Part shown: positions 35,724-46,435 of the stretch, in pieces
How positions within the stretch are numbered: position 1 is the stretch's first letter
How the letters are laid out: each line of letters starts with the position of its first letter
NCBI GenBank assembly: GCA_032159565.1
Contig: JAVHWR010000038.1
Length of the DNA: 64,000 nt
Direction: 5' to 3' (one strand)
From: Mycobacterium sp.
GTDB lineage: Bacteria; Actinomycetota; Actinomycetes; Mycobacteriales; Mycobacteriaceae
Notes under the pieces: generated by a model
What the model was told of the DNA's origin: nothing
The model's input: only the letters and a program-made list of their open reading frames with translations
Database searches by the model: none
Translations under genes and position numbers: made by a program

Positions 35724-36617
35724 TTACAGGGTTGCCGTGAGGTAGCCGGAGTCGCCGATGAACCTGATGAGCTCGTCGTCCGGCACCTCGAAACCGTTGG
35801 CGGCGAACGCCTCCGCGGTTGAGATAGTAGACACTTGCCAGCGGTGCGAGGACAGGTATTCACGGGCCGTATTGCGGTCGCCTGAGTAGAACAACTCCGA
35901 CAACTTGATGTCCGAGCCGGCCCGACGCGATCGTTCGTCCAGCTTTTCTGTCCAGTCAGCCGGCATGGACGTCATGTCCATGTGTTCGGTGGCCAACCGA
36001 CTGCCAGGGGCGGACAGCGCGGTGACGTTGTCCAGGAGACAATCCTGCGCATCCGGTGGCAGATAGACCAAAAGGCCCTCGGCGATCCACGCGGTGGGCC
36101 GGGTCGGGTCGAAGCCCGCCTCGCGTAATGCGGCCGGCCAATCGTCGCGCAGGTCGATGGCGACCGTCTTGCGGGTGGCTCTCGGAAGCGCACCGAGGCC
36201 GTCGAGCGTCGTTGTCTTGAACTCGATGACTTGCGGTTGATCGACTTCGAAGACCACCGTGCCCGCCGGCCATGGAAGCCGGTAGCCGCGGGTGTCCAGT
36301 CCCGCCGCCAGAATCACCGCCTGCCGAATCCCGGCTTCGGAAGCGGCAAGGAAGAAGTCATCGAAAAACCGTGTCCTGACCGCGATCTGCTCACTCATCG
36401 CCTTGCGGTTCATCACCGGGTTGCCGTTGAACGCCTCGCCGTCGACGATCCTGATGAAACTGTCCACGCCGACCGCGCGGACCAGCGGCTCGGCGAACGG
36501 ATCGTCGAGTAGCGGGTCGGGCCCCCGAGAGGCCACCGCTCGAGAGGCCGCCACAGCGGTGGCGGTAGCGCCAACGCTCGAGGCCAGGTCCCAGGTGTCG
36601 TTGTCTGTTCGTGCCAT
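35724..36617 (-). CDS. SAM-dependent methyltransferase, same family, copy 2
   Basis: Same motif set ([21 protein letters not shown]). Confidence 0.93.
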   Translation of the reverse strand: MARTDNDTWDLASSVGATATAVAASRAVASRGPDPLLDDPFAEPLVRAVGVDSFIRIVDGEAFNGNPVMNRKAMSEQIAVRTRFFDDFFLAASEAGIRQAVILAAGLDTRGYRLPWPAGTVVFEVDQPQVIEFKTTTLDGLGALPRATRKTVAIDLRDDWPAALREAGFDPTRPTAWIAEGLLVYLPPDAQDCLLDNVTALSAPGSRLATEHMDMTSMPADWTEKLDERSRRAGSDIKLSELFYSGDRNTAREYLSSHRWQVSTISTAEAFAANGFEVPDDELIRFIGDSGYLTATL

Positions 36618-36624
36618 CGAATGC

Positions 36625-37644
36625 CTACTGTCGTGTCGCGGTGACGGCCAGCGAATCTCGCATCGGTGCGAGGTCGTCGCCGTCGGGGAATTTACGGCCG
36701 TACGTCTCGAACATCTCGGGCCGGGCGCGCGCAGTCACCTGCCACCCTTGTCCGGCCAGGTAATCGACGACCGGATTGCGCTCGCCCGGGTAGAAGAGGT
36801 CGGCGAGGTTGATGTCGAACCCGTGTTTTTTCCACCGCTCGCCGATCGCCTGTGCGCGCTCACCGATGCTCGCCCCCGGATTGGGGTGATACTCGGTGGC
36901 CAGCCTGCTGCCCGGGGCGCTGAGCGCGGTGATGTCGTCGAACAGCCGGTCCTGAGCCTCCGGAGGCAGGTACACCAGAAGCCCTTCGGCGATCCATGCC
37001 GTCGGCCGAGTGTCGTCGAATCCGTTGCGCCGCAATGCGGCAGGCCAATCGTCGCGTAGATCGATGCTCACGGTGCGGCGCTCCGCGGTGGGCGCCGCAC
37101 CGATCGACGACATCGTCGCGTTCTTGAACTCGATCACCTTCGGCTGGTCGATCTCGTAGACGACGGTGCCTGCGGGCCAGTCCAGGCGGTATGCGCGGGC
37201 ATCGAGGCCCGACGCGAGGATCACCGCCTGGCTCGGGCCGGCGGATGCCGTGCCTGATGTCGCCGCCGGAGCGGCTCCGGGGCCTGATGCCGCCGCCGGA
37301 GCGGCTCCGGGGCCTGATGTCGCCGCCGGAGCGGCTCTGGGGCCTGATGCCGCCGCCGGAGCGGCTCCGGTGAAGAAGTCGTCGAAGAACCGGGTCCGCA
37401 CCGCCATCACGTCGACCATCAGCCGGGTCGCGTCAGCGCCTTCGCCCTCGACCAAACCGATCTCGCCGTCGAGCAGACGGTTGAAGAAGTCTAATCCGAC
37501 GGCGCGCACCAACGGCTCAGCGAACGGGTCATCGATGATCGCGTGCGGTTCCTTGCTGGCGATCGCCCGCGCCGCGGCGACCATCGTGGCGGTCGCGCCG
37601 ACGCTGGACGCGATGTCCCAGCTGTCGGCGTCGGCTCGTGTCAT
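36625..37644 (-). CDS. SAM-dependent methyltransferase, same family, copy 3 (with repeat insertion)
   Basis: Same motifs; about 40 extra low-complexity residues between FFDDFF and [10 protein letters not shown]. Confidence 0.92.
   Translation of the reverse strand: MTRADADSWDIASSVGATATMVAAARAIASKEPHAIIDDPFAEPLVRAVGLDFFNRLLDGEIGLVEGEGADATRLMVDVMAVRTRFFDDFFTGAAPAAASGPRAAPAATSGPGAAPAAASGPGAAPAATSGTASAGPSQAVILASGLDARAYRLDWPAGTVVYEIDQPKVIEFKNATMSSIGAAPTAERRTVSIDLRDDWPAALRRNGFDDTRPTAWIAEGLLVYLPPEAQDRLFDDITALSAPGSRLATEYHPNPGASIGERAQAIGERWKKHGFDINLADLFYPGERNPVVDYLAGQGWQVTARARPEMFETYGRKFPDGDDLAPMRDSLAVTATRQ
37252..37370. repeat. In-frame 30-nt tandem repeat, four copies
   Basis: Unit GCCTGATGYCGCCGCCGGAGCGGCTCYGGG with T/C alternating between copies; encodes GAAPAA(A/T)SG(P/T)-type units. 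Confidence 0.95.
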
Positions 37645-37648
37645 GGTT

Positions 37649-37711
37649 TCATTCCTCGGCTCCCGCTCGCTCCGGTCCTCGCTTCGCCGCGATCCTCACT
37701 CGCACTCCCTT
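37649..37711 (-). repeat. MIRU-like intergenic unit carrying a mini-ORF
   Basis: AAGGGA SD, then GTG...GAA TGA (MRIAAKRGPERAGAEE), ending 4 nt before the next ATG. Confidence 0.55.
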
Positions 37712-38641
37712 TCAGTGATTGCCGAAGGTGCCGCTGATGTAACGCAAATCGGCGAACGGGGTGTCGCCGTCGAACGGCGGAAAGCCGTTGGCGGTCAGCA
37801 GCTCATTGACGTTGCTGCCGTCGGTGTTCCAGCCGCGCTCGGTGAGATAGGCGGCCGGCTCGTTGCGGTCGCCGAGGTAGACGAGGTTGGCCCAGTCGAG
37901 GTCATAGCCGTGCTCCCGCCACCGCTCGGCAGCCGTCTGCATCTTCTTCATCGCCTCGTCGGCGTCGTCCTGATTGATAGGTGGTGTGCTTTCGGTGGCC
38001 AACCAGCTTCCCGGCGCACTCAACTCGGTCATGGTGTCCAGCAGTCGGTCCTGGGCATCGGGAGGCAGATAACCGAGGAGTCCTTCAGCGCTCCACGCCG
38101 TCGGCTGGTCGGGGTCGAATCCGGCCTCCTTGAGCGCGGCAGGCCAGTCGAAGCGCAGATCGATCGCCACGACCCGGCGGTCGCAGGTCGGCTCGGCGCC
38201 GATCTCGGCGAGCGCCCGCGTCTTGAACGCGATCACCTCGGGCTGGTCCACCTCGTAGACGACGGTGCCCGCGGGCCACTGCAACCGGTACGCGCGCGAA
38301 TCCAGGCCGGACGCGAGGATCACCACCTGCCGGACGCCCGCCACCGTCGCGTCGGTGAAGAAGTCGTCGAAGAACTTCGTCCGGACCGCCATGTTGTCGA
38401 CCATGCGATCCATCCCGGCGTTCGTGTCGTCATCGATGTTGAACACCGAGGGGTCCAGCTCGCCAGTGGCCAGCCGGGTGAACACGTCGACGCCGACGGC
38501 CCGCACCAGGGGTTCGGCGTAGGGGTCGCTGATCAACGCGCCGTCGATCCTGGTCCCCATCGCGCGGGCGGCCGCCACCATCGTCGCCGTCGCTCCCACG
38601 CTGGAGGCCAGATCCCAGGTGTCGTTGTCTGTCCGTGCCAT
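37712..38641 (-). CDS. SAM-dependent methyltransferase, same family, copy 4
   Basis: Same motifs; divergent from secY like Rv0731c. Confidence 0.93.
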   Translation of the reverse strand: MARTDNDTWDLASSVGATATMVAAARAMGTRIDGALISDPYAEPLVRAVGVDVFTRLATGELDPSVFNIDDDTNAGMDRMVDNMAVRTKFFDDFFTDATVAGVRQVVILASGLDSRAYRLQWPAGTVVYEVDQPEVIAFKTRALAEIGAEPTCDRRVVAIDLRFDWPAALKEAGFDPDQPTAWSAEGLLGYLPPDAQDRLLDTMTELSAPGSWLATESTPPINQDDADEAMKKMQTAAERWREHGYDLDWANLVYLGDRNEPAAYLTERGWNTDGSNVNELLTANGFPPFDGDTPFADLRYISGTFGNH

Positions 38642-38948
38642 GAAGAAAACCCCTGTCGTTAGGCTATCCGTCAATTACTTAGCTGATGTAACGAGCTGTC
38701 ACCGACTCTACGCTTTTATCCTGAAAAGTCGTCTGACCTCAGTGCCTGCACCAGCGGATGCGGAGTAGACAACCACCAACTGTTACTCTCGTAGACTGCG
38801 TGACTCCACAGGCTGGGAGCAGGTCAGATGGCCTGGGCCGACAAGCACCCAGGCTGCCCGGGGCACTCGCACACGACTTAACCGACGCTGGTAGAGACCA
38901 GCCCCATTTGGCACGCCGCGATATGAGCCCGGCTGCGCAGGAGGAAGA

Positions 38949-40274
38949 GTGCTCTCGGCTTTCATCTCATCGCTGCGGACGGCTGATCTACGGCGCAAGA
39001 TTCTCTTCACTCTGGCCATCCTGATCCTGTACCGGGTCGGCGCCTCGATCCCGTCGCCCGGTGTCAACTACGGCAACGTCGAGAAGTGCCTCACACAGCT
39101 CAGCGGTGGCGACTCGGCGCAGATCTACTCGCTGATCAACCTGTTTTCCGGCGGCGCTCTGCTGAAGCTGGCAGTGTTCGCGATCGGCATCATGCCTTAC
39201 ATCACCGCGAGCATCATCGTGCAGCTGCTCGGGGTGGTCATTCCGCGCTTCGAAGAGCTGCGCAAAGAGGGGCAAGCGGGTCAGGCCAAACTCACCCAGT
39301 ACACCCGCTACCTGTCGGTCGCGCTGGCGCTCCTGCAGGCCACCAGCATCGTGGCGCTGGCCTCCAATGGCGGGCTGCTGCAGGGCTGCAGCCTCGACAT
39401 CATCCAGAGCACGTCGATCTTCTCGCTGGCCGTCATCGTGCTCGTGATGACCGCGGGCGCGACGCTGGTGATGTGGATGGGCGAGCTGATTCAGGAACGT
39501 GGCATCGGCAACGGCATGTCGCTGATGATCTTCGCCAGCATTGCCGCCCGCATCCCGTCCGAGGGCAAGAGCATCCTCGACAGCCGCGGCCCGGTCGTCT
39601 TCACCGCGGTCTGCTTCGCCGCCCTGGTGATCATCGTCGGCGTGGTGTTCGTCGAGCAGGGCCAGCGCCGTATCCCGGTGCAGTACGCCAAGCGAATGGT
39701 CGGCCGCAAGATGTACGGCGGCACGTCGACCTATCTGCCACTGAAGGTCAACCAGGCCGGTGTCATCCCGGTGATCTTCGCGTCGTCGCTGATCTATATC
39801 CCGCACCTGATCACCCAGCTGATCCAGAGCGGGCAGGCCACCCCAGGAAACGGGTGGTGGGACAAGCTCGTCGCGAACTATCTCACCAACCCGGCCAGCC
39901 TCTCCTACATCGCGATCTACTTCGGCCTGATCGTCTTCTTCACCTATTTCTACGTCTCGGTGCAGTTCAACGTCGATGAGCGCGCCGACGAGATGAAGAA
40001 GTACGGCGGCTTCATCCCCGGTATCCGTCCGGGCAAGCCGACCGCCGACTACCTGCGCTTCGTGCTCAACAGGATCACCCTTCCCGGCTCGATCTACCTC
40101 GGCGTCATCGCCGTCCTGCCGAACCTGTTCCTCGAGATCGGCAACTCCGGAGGTGTGCAGAACTTGCCGTTCGGCGGGACAGCGGTTCTCATCATGGTTG
40201 GCGTCGGTTTGGATACGGTCAAACAGATCGAGAGCCAGCTGATGCAGCGCAACTACGAAGGGTTCCTGAAGTGA
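38949..40274 (+). CDS. secY: Preprotein translocase subunit SecY
   Basis: FALG-like [47 protein letters not shown] and GGTAVLI. Confidence 0.99.
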   Translation: MLSAFISSLRTADLRRKILFTLAILILYRVGASIPSPGVNYGNVEKCLTQLSGGDSAQIYSLINLFSGGALLKLAVFAIGIMPYITASIIVQLLGVVIPRFEELRKEGQAGQAKLTQYTRYLSVALALLQATSIVALASNGGLLQGCSLDIIQSTSIFSLAVIVLVMTAGATLVMWMGELIQERGIGNGMSLMIFASIAARIPSEGKSILDSRGPVVFTAVCFAALVIIVGVVFVEQGQRRIPVQYAKRMVGRKMYGGTSTYLPLKVNQAGVIPVIFASSLIYIPHLITQLIQSGQATPGNGWWDKLVANYLTNPASLSYIAIYFGLIVFFTYFYVSVQFNVDERADEMKKYGGFIPGIRPGKPTADYLRFVLNRITLPGSIYLGVIAVLPNLFLEIGNSGGVQNLPFGGTAVLIMVGVGLDTVKQIESQLMQRNYEGFLK

Positions 40275-40819
40275 GAGTCGTTCTGCTGGGCCCGCCGGGG
40301 GCGGGCAAGGGGACACAGGCCCAGAAGCTCTCCGAGAAGCTCGGCATTCCGCAGATCTCCACCGGGGACCTCTTCCGCGAGAACATCAGCTCCGGCACAC
40401 CGCTGGGCCTCGAGGCCAAGCGCTACCTGGACGCAGGCGACCTGGTGCCCTCGGAGCTGACGAACAAATTGGTCGAGGACCGCATCGAGCAGTCGGACGC
40501 CGCCGACGGGTTCATCCTGGACGGCTACCCGCGATCGGTGGCGCAGGCCGAGGCGCTCGACGAGATGCTCAAGAACCACAACACCAAGCTCGACGCGGTG
40601 CTGGAGTTCGCGGTCTCCGAAGAGGAGCTGTTCTCGCGCCTCAAGGCCCGCGGCCGCGCCGATGACACCGAAGACGTCATCCACAACCGGATGAAGGTTT
40701 ACTCCGACGAGACCAGACCCCTGCTCGAGTACTACAGCCACAACAACCTGCAGACGGTCGACGCGGTCGGCGGTCTCGACGAGGTCTTCGCCCGCGCGCT
40801 CCGCTCCCTCGGCAAGTAG
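40271..40819 (+). CDS. adk: Adenylate kinase (short LID)
   Basis: [30 protein letters not shown]. Confidence 0.99.
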   Translation: MRVVLLGPPGAGKGTQAQKLSEKLGIPQISTGDLFRENISSGTPLGLEAKRYLDAGDLVPSELTNKLVEDRIEQSDAADGFILDGYPRSVAQAEALDEMLKNHNTKLDAVLEFAVSEEELFSRLKARGRADDTEDVIHNRMKVYSDETRPLLEYYSHNNLQTVDAVGGLDEVFARALRSLGK

Positions 40820-40822
40820 CCG

Positions 40823-41620
40823 ATGATCACCGTCCCGGGGCTGCGCACCCGCAAGGTCGTCGATCCGCGCACGCCAGCTGAACTCGACGCGATGGCCGCC
40901 GCAGGCGCGCTGGTCGCCGCCGCGCTGCATGCGGTGCGCAAGGCCGCCGCGCCCGGCGTATCCACGCTCGAACTCGACAACGTCGCCGAATCGGTGATCC
41001 GCGATGCCGGCGGCACCCCGTCCTTCCTGGGCTATCACGGCTTTCCCGCGAGCATCTGCTCGTCGGTGAACGACCGCGTCGTCCACGGAATCCCGGTTGC
41101 CACCGAGGTCCTCGCGGCCGGTGACCTGGTGTCCATCGACTGCGGTGCCATCCTCGACGGCTGGCACGGCGATTCGGCGATCACCTTCGGGATCGGGGCG
41201 CTCATCGGAGTCGACGAGGCGCTGTCGGCGGCCACCAGGGAGTCGATGGAGGCGGGCATCGCCGCGATGGTGCCCGGAAACCGGCTCACCGATGTCTCGC
41301 ACGCCATCGAGACCGCCACCCGGGCAGCCGAGAGGCGCTACGACCGCAGATTCGCTATCGTCGCGGGCTACGGCGGCCACGGCATAGGCAGGCGCATGCA
41401 TATGGACCCGTTTCTGCCGAACGAGGGCCAGCCGGGACGAGGGCCGCACCTGGTTGCCGGCTCCGTGCTGGCGATCGAACCGATGCTTACCCTCGGCACC
41501 TCGAAGACCGTCGTTCTCGCGGACGAGTGGACCGTTGTGACCGAAGACGGGTCGCGCGCCGCGCATTGGGAGCACACTGTTGCTGTCACCGACGGCGGAC
41601 CCCGGATTCTGACGGCCTGA
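40823..41620 (+). CDS. map: Methionine aminopeptidase type I
   Basis: CSSVND..VHGIP, SIDCG, HGDSA, GHGIG, AIEPM and AHWEHTV. Confidence 0.97.
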   Translation: MITVPGLRTRKVVDPRTPAELDAMAAAGALVAAALHAVRKAAAPGVSTLELDNVAESVIRDAGGTPSFLGYHGFPASICSSVNDRVVHGIPVATEVLAAGDLVSIDCGAILDGWHGDSAITFGIGALIGVDEALSAATRESMEAGIAAMVPGNRLTDVSHAIETATRAAERRYDRRFAIVAGYGGHGIGRRMHMDPFLPNEGQPGRGPHLVAGSVLAIEPMLTLGTSKTVVLADEWTVVTEDGSRAAHWEHTVAVTDGGPRILTA

Positions 41621-41623
41621 ATC

Positions 41624-41647
41624 GCCCGACTGCCCAGTTGGTCGGGC
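41624..41647 (+). terminator. Possible hairpin terminator after map
   Basis: GCCCGAC/GTCGGGC stem; no U tract. Confidence 0.4.
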
Positions 41648-41655
41648 AGAACAGG

Positions 41656-41680
41656 TGAACCCGATCGGCCTCGGCCTCGT
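41656..41680 (+). promoter_or_regulatory. SigL-type promoter of sigL (autoregulatory)
   Basis: TGAACC-N16-CGT, matching the recalled M. tuberculosis SigL consensus. Confidence 0.75.
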
Positions 41681-41699
41681 ATTAACGAGGGAGGTTGTA

Positions 41700-42212
41700 G
41701 TGGACGATCCGGAAGTCGCGCTAATGCGAGTGCTCTACCAAGAACACGGCCCAGCATTATGGCGCTATGCTGTGCGGCTTACCGGTGACCCGGCACGAGC
41801 AGAGGATGTAGTGCAAGAAACGTTGCTGCGGGCGTGGCAGCATCCAGAAGTGACCGACGGTGACCGTCCGGCGAGAGCTTGGTTGTTCACAGTCGCGCGC
41901 AATATGATCATCGACGAGCGGCGCAGCGCCAGGTTTCGAAACGAGGCCGGAACCCCGGACCCGGAAAAGACCTACGACCGCGCCGGACCGGATGAGGTGG
42001 ATTCCGCCTTGGACCGAATGTTGTTGAGCGGGGCCCTGGCACAGTTATCCGCAGAACACCGAGCGGTGGTCAAGCGGTCGTATTACCAGGGCTGGACGAC
42101 CGCCCAGATCGCTGCCGATCTTGACATTGCCGAAGGCACAGTTAAATCGAGGCTGCATTACGCTGTGCGCGCACTGCGCCTCACACTGCAGGAAATGGGG
42201 GTGACCCGATGA
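41700..42212 (+). CDS. sigL: ECF sigma factor SigL
   Basis: AEDVVQETLLRAWQH, WLFTVARN, GTVKSRLHYAVR; directly after map as in Rv0735. Confidence 0.93.
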   Translation: MDDPEVALMRVLYQEHGPALWRYAVRLTGDPARAEDVVQETLLRAWQHPEVTDGDRPARAWLFTVARNMIIDERRSARFRNEAGTPDPEKTYDRAGPDEVDSALDRMLLSGALAQLSAEHRAVVKRSYYQGWTTAQIAADLDIAEGTVKSRLHYAVRALRLTLQEMGVTR

Positions 42213-42943
42213 CGCAACCGGCGAGACGCGATGACGATCTGCGCGGCGACGACCCGTACGCGACGTGGGATGCCGCCTACGTCCTCGGTTCACTATCGGG
42301 GGCCGAACGGCGGGAGTTCGAAGCGCACCTCGCATCCTGCCCGCGGTGCAGCGCGACCGTCGCCGAACTGAGCGGCATCCCTGCGTTGTTGGCTCAGTTG
42401 TCCGCCGAAGAAGTGGAAGCACTCGACGACCCGACGACGGCGGAAACACCGCCGCTGCGTACCGAGGTCCTCGACTCGCTGCTGCAGAAGGTCCAGTGGC
42501 GACGTCGCCGCACCCGCAGGCTCAGTGTGATCACGTTGGCCGCCGCCGCCGCGGTGTTGGCCGTCGCGCTGGTCGTCGGGATCCTGCCCGGTATCCGCGG
42601 GCATGGCGACGATACCGAGATGGCGTCCGCGGTAACGATGAGCAAGGTCGCGCAGACACCGATCAACGCCGCCGTCACGATGACGGGATTCGGCTGGGGC
42701 ACCCGGATCGACATGGTCTGCACCTATGGCGACTATGCGAGCCGCGGCGATGCGACGACGGAGAATCTGTCGATGGTTCTGTTGGACCACAACGGAACTC
42801 AGAGCGAGATCGCGACGTGGGTGGGCGTGAACGGCGCCACCGCGTTGCCGAGCGGGAACACGACGATGCAGAAGGACCAGATCAAGTCCGTGCAACTCGT
42901 CGATGCCAACACACGAGCGGTGCTGTTGCAAACAGATTTGTGA
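42209..42943 (+). CDS. rslA: Zinc-binding anti-sigma factor RslA
   Basis: DAAYVLGSL and EAHLASCPRC (HxxxCxxC); single TM helix; ATGA overlap with sigL. Confidence 0.9.
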   Translation: MTQPARRDDDLRGDDPYATWDAAYVLGSLSGAERREFEAHLASCPRCSATVAELSGIPALLAQLSAEEVEALDDPTTAETPPLRTEVLDSLLQKVQWRRRRTRRLSVITLAAAAAVLAVALVVGILPGIRGHGDDTEMASAVTMSKVAQTPINAAVTMTGFGWGTRIDMVCTYGDYASRGDATTENLSMVLLDHNGTQSEIATWVGVNGATALPSGNTTMQKDQIKSVQLVDANTRAVLLQTDL

Positions 42944-42957
42944 GTCCGGTCACGGAT

Positions 42958-42985
42958 TGAACCGTGGTCGCCCGAGGGTCGTGTC
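42958..42985 (+). promoter_or_regulatory. SigL-type promoter of the ThDP enzyme operon
   Basis: TGAACC-N16-CGTGTC, 28 nt upstream of ATG 43014. Confidence 0.8.
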
Positions 42986-43013
42986 ATCTGCAGGGTTGAG
43001 AGCAGGTGAATGA

Positions 43014-44735
43014 ATGGCCAGAACGCATCGGGTGGTGGACCACATTGTCGCCTATCTGGCGGCGTGCGGAGTCGAGTACGTCTTCGGCGTCGACGGCGCG
43101 AACATCGAGGATGTCTACGACGCCGCGCACTTCTGTGACGGCATCACCGCTGTACTGGCCAAACATGAGTTCTCCGCGGCGACCATGGCCGACGGGTTCA
43201 GCCGCAGCGGTGCCGGACTCGGCGTGGTGGCCGCAACCTCCGGTGGCGGCTGCCTGAACACAGTTGCCGGGCTTGGTGAGGCGCTGGCCAGCCGGGTGCC
43301 GGTGCTGGCGCTCATCGGCCAACCCCCAACGACTCTCGACGGCCGCGGCGCCTTCCAGGACACCAGCGGCCGAAACGGTGCGCTCAACGGTGAGGCCCTG
43401 TTCTCCGCGGTTTCGGTGTTCTGCCGTCGGATTTCGGCGCCCGAGGAGATCGCAACGGCGCTGCCGCAGGCCATCGCGGCCGCCAGACGAGGGGGACCGG
43501 CCGTACTGCTTCTGCCGAAGGACATTCAGCAGGCCGCCCTTGAACTTCGTAATTCGGTGAATAGAGCCACCAACGGTGTCGCGGTTGGAAGTCAACTAGG
43601 CGATCCGCAGGTGCTCGCACGGGCGCTGAGGCGCGCCGACGGTCCGATCACGATCATCGCCGGTGAGCAGGTTGCCCGCGACGATGCACGCGCCGAACTC
43701 GCGCAGCTGCGTTCCGTGCTGCGCGCCCGAGTTTCCACCGTTCCCGATGCGAAGGATGTCGCGGGCACGCCCGGGCTGGGCTCGTCCTCGGCACTGGGGG
43801 TGAGCGGCGTGATGGGACATCCCGCTGTCGCGACGGCGATCGCAGGCAGCGCGCTGTGCCTGGTGGTCGGCACGCAGCTGAGCGTCACCGCACGCGCGGG
43901 ACTGGACGACGTGCTGGCGTCGGTGCCGACGTACTCGATCGGCTCCGCGGTGCCGTTCGTGGCGTGCACGCACGTCCATACCGAGGACCTTCGTGGGTCG
44001 CTGAAGCTGCTGACGCAGGAATTGAACGGCGATGGCCGTCCGACCGGTATGCGTGTGCCGGACGAGGTGTCGAGGACCGAGCTGCAGCCGCCACCGCACG
44101 ACGGCCCTGGTGTGCGGTACCGCGAGGCGATGGCGGTGCTGGACGCCGCGCTGCCCGATGGCGTCGACATCGTGGTCGACGCGGGGAACATCGGCGCATC
44201 GGCGATCCATTACCTTCCTGCTCGCAGGGACGGGCGGTTCGTCGTCGCTCTCGGCATGGGCGGCATGGGATACAGCTTCGGCGCCGCGCTGGGAATCGCC
44301 TTCGGGCGTAACCGCCGGACCGTGGTCATCGCGGGCGACGGCTCATTCTTCATGCACGGTATGGAGATTCACACCGCCCTGCAGTACGGCCTGCCCGTCA
44401 CGTTCCTGCTCTTCGACAACCACGCGCACGCGATGTGCGTGACCCGCGAACAGCATTTCTACAACGATGTGTACAGCTACAACCGGTTCGGCCCGAGCCG
44501 GCTGGGCGCGGGCCTGGCGGCCATGTTCCCCGGTCTGTCGGCGGTCGACGTGGACACCATCGACGATCTGCCGACGGCGTTGCGGGCCGCCCTCGATGTC
44601 GACGGGCCGTCGGTCATCGCCGTCGAGTGCTCCGCCGACGAAATCCCGCCGTTCGCGGCCTTTCTCGGCAACGCGGCCGTGAAGAAACCTGTTATCGCAG
44701 AGGAGAGCAGTCCCCATGTCGTTGCCAGCGCTTGA
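43014..44735 (+). CDS. Thiamine diphosphate-dependent enzyme (acetolactate synthase/acyloin synthase-like)
   Basis: VFGVDG, KHE (catalytic Glu), TSGGG, GGMG and GDGSF...FDN ThDP motif. Confidence 0.92.
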   Translation: MARTHRVVDHIVAYLAACGVEYVFGVDGANIEDVYDAAHFCDGITAVLAKHEFSAATMADGFSRSGAGLGVVAATSGGGCLNTVAGLGEALASRVPVLALIGQPPTTLDGRGAFQDTSGRNGALNGEALFSAVSVFCRRISAPEEIATALPQAIAAARRGGPAVLLLPKDIQQAALELRNSVNRATNGVAVGSQLGDPQVLARALRRADGPITIIAGEQVARDDARAELAQLRSVLRARVSTVPDAKDVAGTPGLGSSSALGVSGVMGHPAVATAIAGSALCLVVGTQLSVTARAGLDDVLASVPTYSIGSAVPFVACTHVHTEDLRGSLKLLTQELNGDGRPTGMRVPDEVSRTELQPPPHDGPGVRYREAMAVLDAALPDGVDIVVDAGNIGASAIHYLPARRDGRFVVALGMGGMGYSFGAALGIAFGRNRRTVVIAGDGSFFMHGMEIHTALQYGLPVTFLLFDNHAHAMCVTREQHFYNDVYSYNRFGPSRLGAGLAAMFPGLSAVDVDTIDDLPTALRAALDVDGPSVIAVECSADEIPPFAAFLGNAAVKKPVIAEESSPHVVASA

Positions 44736-45387
44736 TGACATCACCGTCCACCGAGGCACAGCCGACCCGATCGACGGAGTGATTCGCGTCGAGACGTCGC
44801 CGAGGGAGAAGGCCACACCGATCATCATGGAGATGATGCGGTCGGTCTACCCGCATTACGAGGTCTTCGGAACATATTGCACCGTAAACGATTACATCGA
44901 CTGTCCGCCCGATGAGCTGTTCGACTACATGGCTGACACCCGTTGCCTGGAGGAGTGGACATACAGCCTGCGCGGGTTCGCGCCGACGGAAGAGCCGGGT
45001 CTGTGGGTGGCCTACGACAAGCTCGGCGGCGACAAGGGAAGCCCCATCTTCACCCGCACGGTGGCCAACAAGGAGGCCCGCACGGTCGACTATCACTGCG
45101 CGTGGGACCAGGGCAAACATCTGTGGATGATCTACGTGATGCGCATCATCGACGCGCAGGTGGTTTTCGACAAGCCCGGCTCCGTCGTGCTGTGGACGAA
45201 CTGTCACCACCCGTTCTACGACGAGAATCCGTATCCCGAGACTGCGCCGCCACAGCGTCCTGTGTGGGTCGGAGACTTCTGGGACATGTTCGGACCCGGA
45301 CACCTGCTGGAACTGAAGAACCTGAAGGCGATCGTCGAATACCGGCGCCGCAATGGCCTGCCGGTCACACCGGCCTGGATGAAGTGA
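44716..45387 (+). CDS. SRPBCC/START-fold (cyclase/aromatase-like) protein
   Basis: 223 aa; CPPDELFDYMADTRCLEEWT and VDYHCAW. Fold assignment from memory. Confidence 0.7.
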   Translation: MSLPALDDITVHRGTADPIDGVIRVETSPREKATPIIMEMMRSVYPHYEVFGTYCTVNDYIDCPPDELFDYMADTRCLEEWTYSLRGFAPTEEPGLWVAYDKLGGDKGSPIFTRTVANKEARTVDYHCAWDQGKHLWMIYVMRIIDAQVVFDKPGSVVLWTNCHHPFYDENPYPETAPPQRPVWVGDFWDMFGPGHLLELKNLKAIVEYRRRNGLPVTPAWMK

Positions 45388-45424
45388 GGACCCACCATGA
45401 CGACTGCGCACGCGAGGAGCGAAA

Positions 45425-46435
45425 ATGACCGTTAGCCTGCTTGACATCTCCACGTACCTGCCCGGGGAACCGGTCAGCGCCGAGTACTACGTCGGGTTCG
45501 CCGAAACAGACGAGTTGCGCGAGAACCTGATGTTCCGGGCGCCGAAGTTCCGCCATCACGTGGCCAAGGACGAGACGGCCATCGACATGGTGGAGCGGGC
45601 GGCCGCCGGCCTCGTCGAACGCCACGGCCAGGACACCATCGCCAACGCCGATGTATTGATCACCCACGTTCAGCTGCCGGACATGCCCTTCTACGGCAGC
45701 GGTGGCGGCATCGCGCATCGCCTTGGCATGAAACCGAATTGGGTGCTCGACCTGCACAACGGCGGGTGTGCCGCGTTCGTGCTGGCGATGAAAGTGGCTC
45801 GCTCCCTGATTGATTCGGGGCAGGCGGAGACGGCGCTGATCGCGGTCGCACAGAACGCGGCGGGCACCATATTCGACCAGGAGACCATCCGCTCCAAGGC
45901 GCAGTCGTCGGTGCCCGGCGACGGAGCCGCAGTGGGCCTGCTTGCACGGTCGGACAAGTCGCCGATCCTCGACATCGAATGCCGCACCTACGGCGAGTAC
46001 GCCGGTGACATGACCATCGCCGTCGACCCGGCTCGCAAATGGTGGGAGGCCGGCACCGGAGAAGGCTGCATCGGGTTCACCGAAAGCAAGATCACCAAGG
46101 TGCTGGCGCGCGGCAACCGCCAGGTGCCCGAGGTGTCGTACGCGGTCTGCGACCGGATCGGCATCAAGCCGGCGGATCTCGACCTTCTGGTGACCAACCA
46201 GCCGAACCGGGCGTTCCTGCGGAACTGGCGCGACGCGCTGGAACTGCCGAAGGAGAAGCATCGCGACACTTTCGAGCAATGCGGCAATCTGTTCGCCGCA
46301 GGTATTCCGGTCAATCTCGAGCGGGCCATCTCCGACGGCCAACTCAAGAAGGGCGATACGGCGCTGATGGCCGCCTTCGCGCATGCGGGCGACTTCGCAG
46401 GCGCCGCCGTGCTCAAGTGGGGCGGCCGGGAGTGA
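45425..46435 (+). CDS. 3-oxoacyl-ACP synthase III-like (thiolase fold) condensing enzyme
   Basis: DLHNGGCAAF (Cys115), GDGAA, TNQPN and CGNLFAA; C-terminal GAAVLKW. Confidence 0.88.
   Translation: MTVSLLDISTYLPGEPVSAEYYVGFAETDELRENLMFRAPKFRHHVAKDETAIDMVERAAAGLVERHGQDTIANADVLITHVQLPDMPFYGSGGGIAHRLGMKPNWVLDLHNGGCAAFVLAMKVARSLIDSGQAETALIAVAQNAAGTIFDQETIRSKAQSSVPGDGAAVGLLARSDKSPILDIECRTYGEYAGDMTIAVDPARKWWEAGTGEGCIGFTESKITKVLARGNRQVPEVSYAVCDRIGIKPADLDLLVTNQPNRAFLRNWRDALELPKEKHRDTFEQCGNLFAAGIPVNLERAISDGQLKKGDTALMAAFAHAGDFAGAAVLKWGGRE

Noticed and set aside
28234-37370. Short tandem repeats as a CRISPR array
   Set aside because: Units are contiguous with no unique spacers, lie in frame inside genes, and no cas genes are present.
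38700-38948. secY promoter or leader motif (repeated GTAGAC)
   Set aside because: No -35/-10 pair with acceptable spacing could be fixed.
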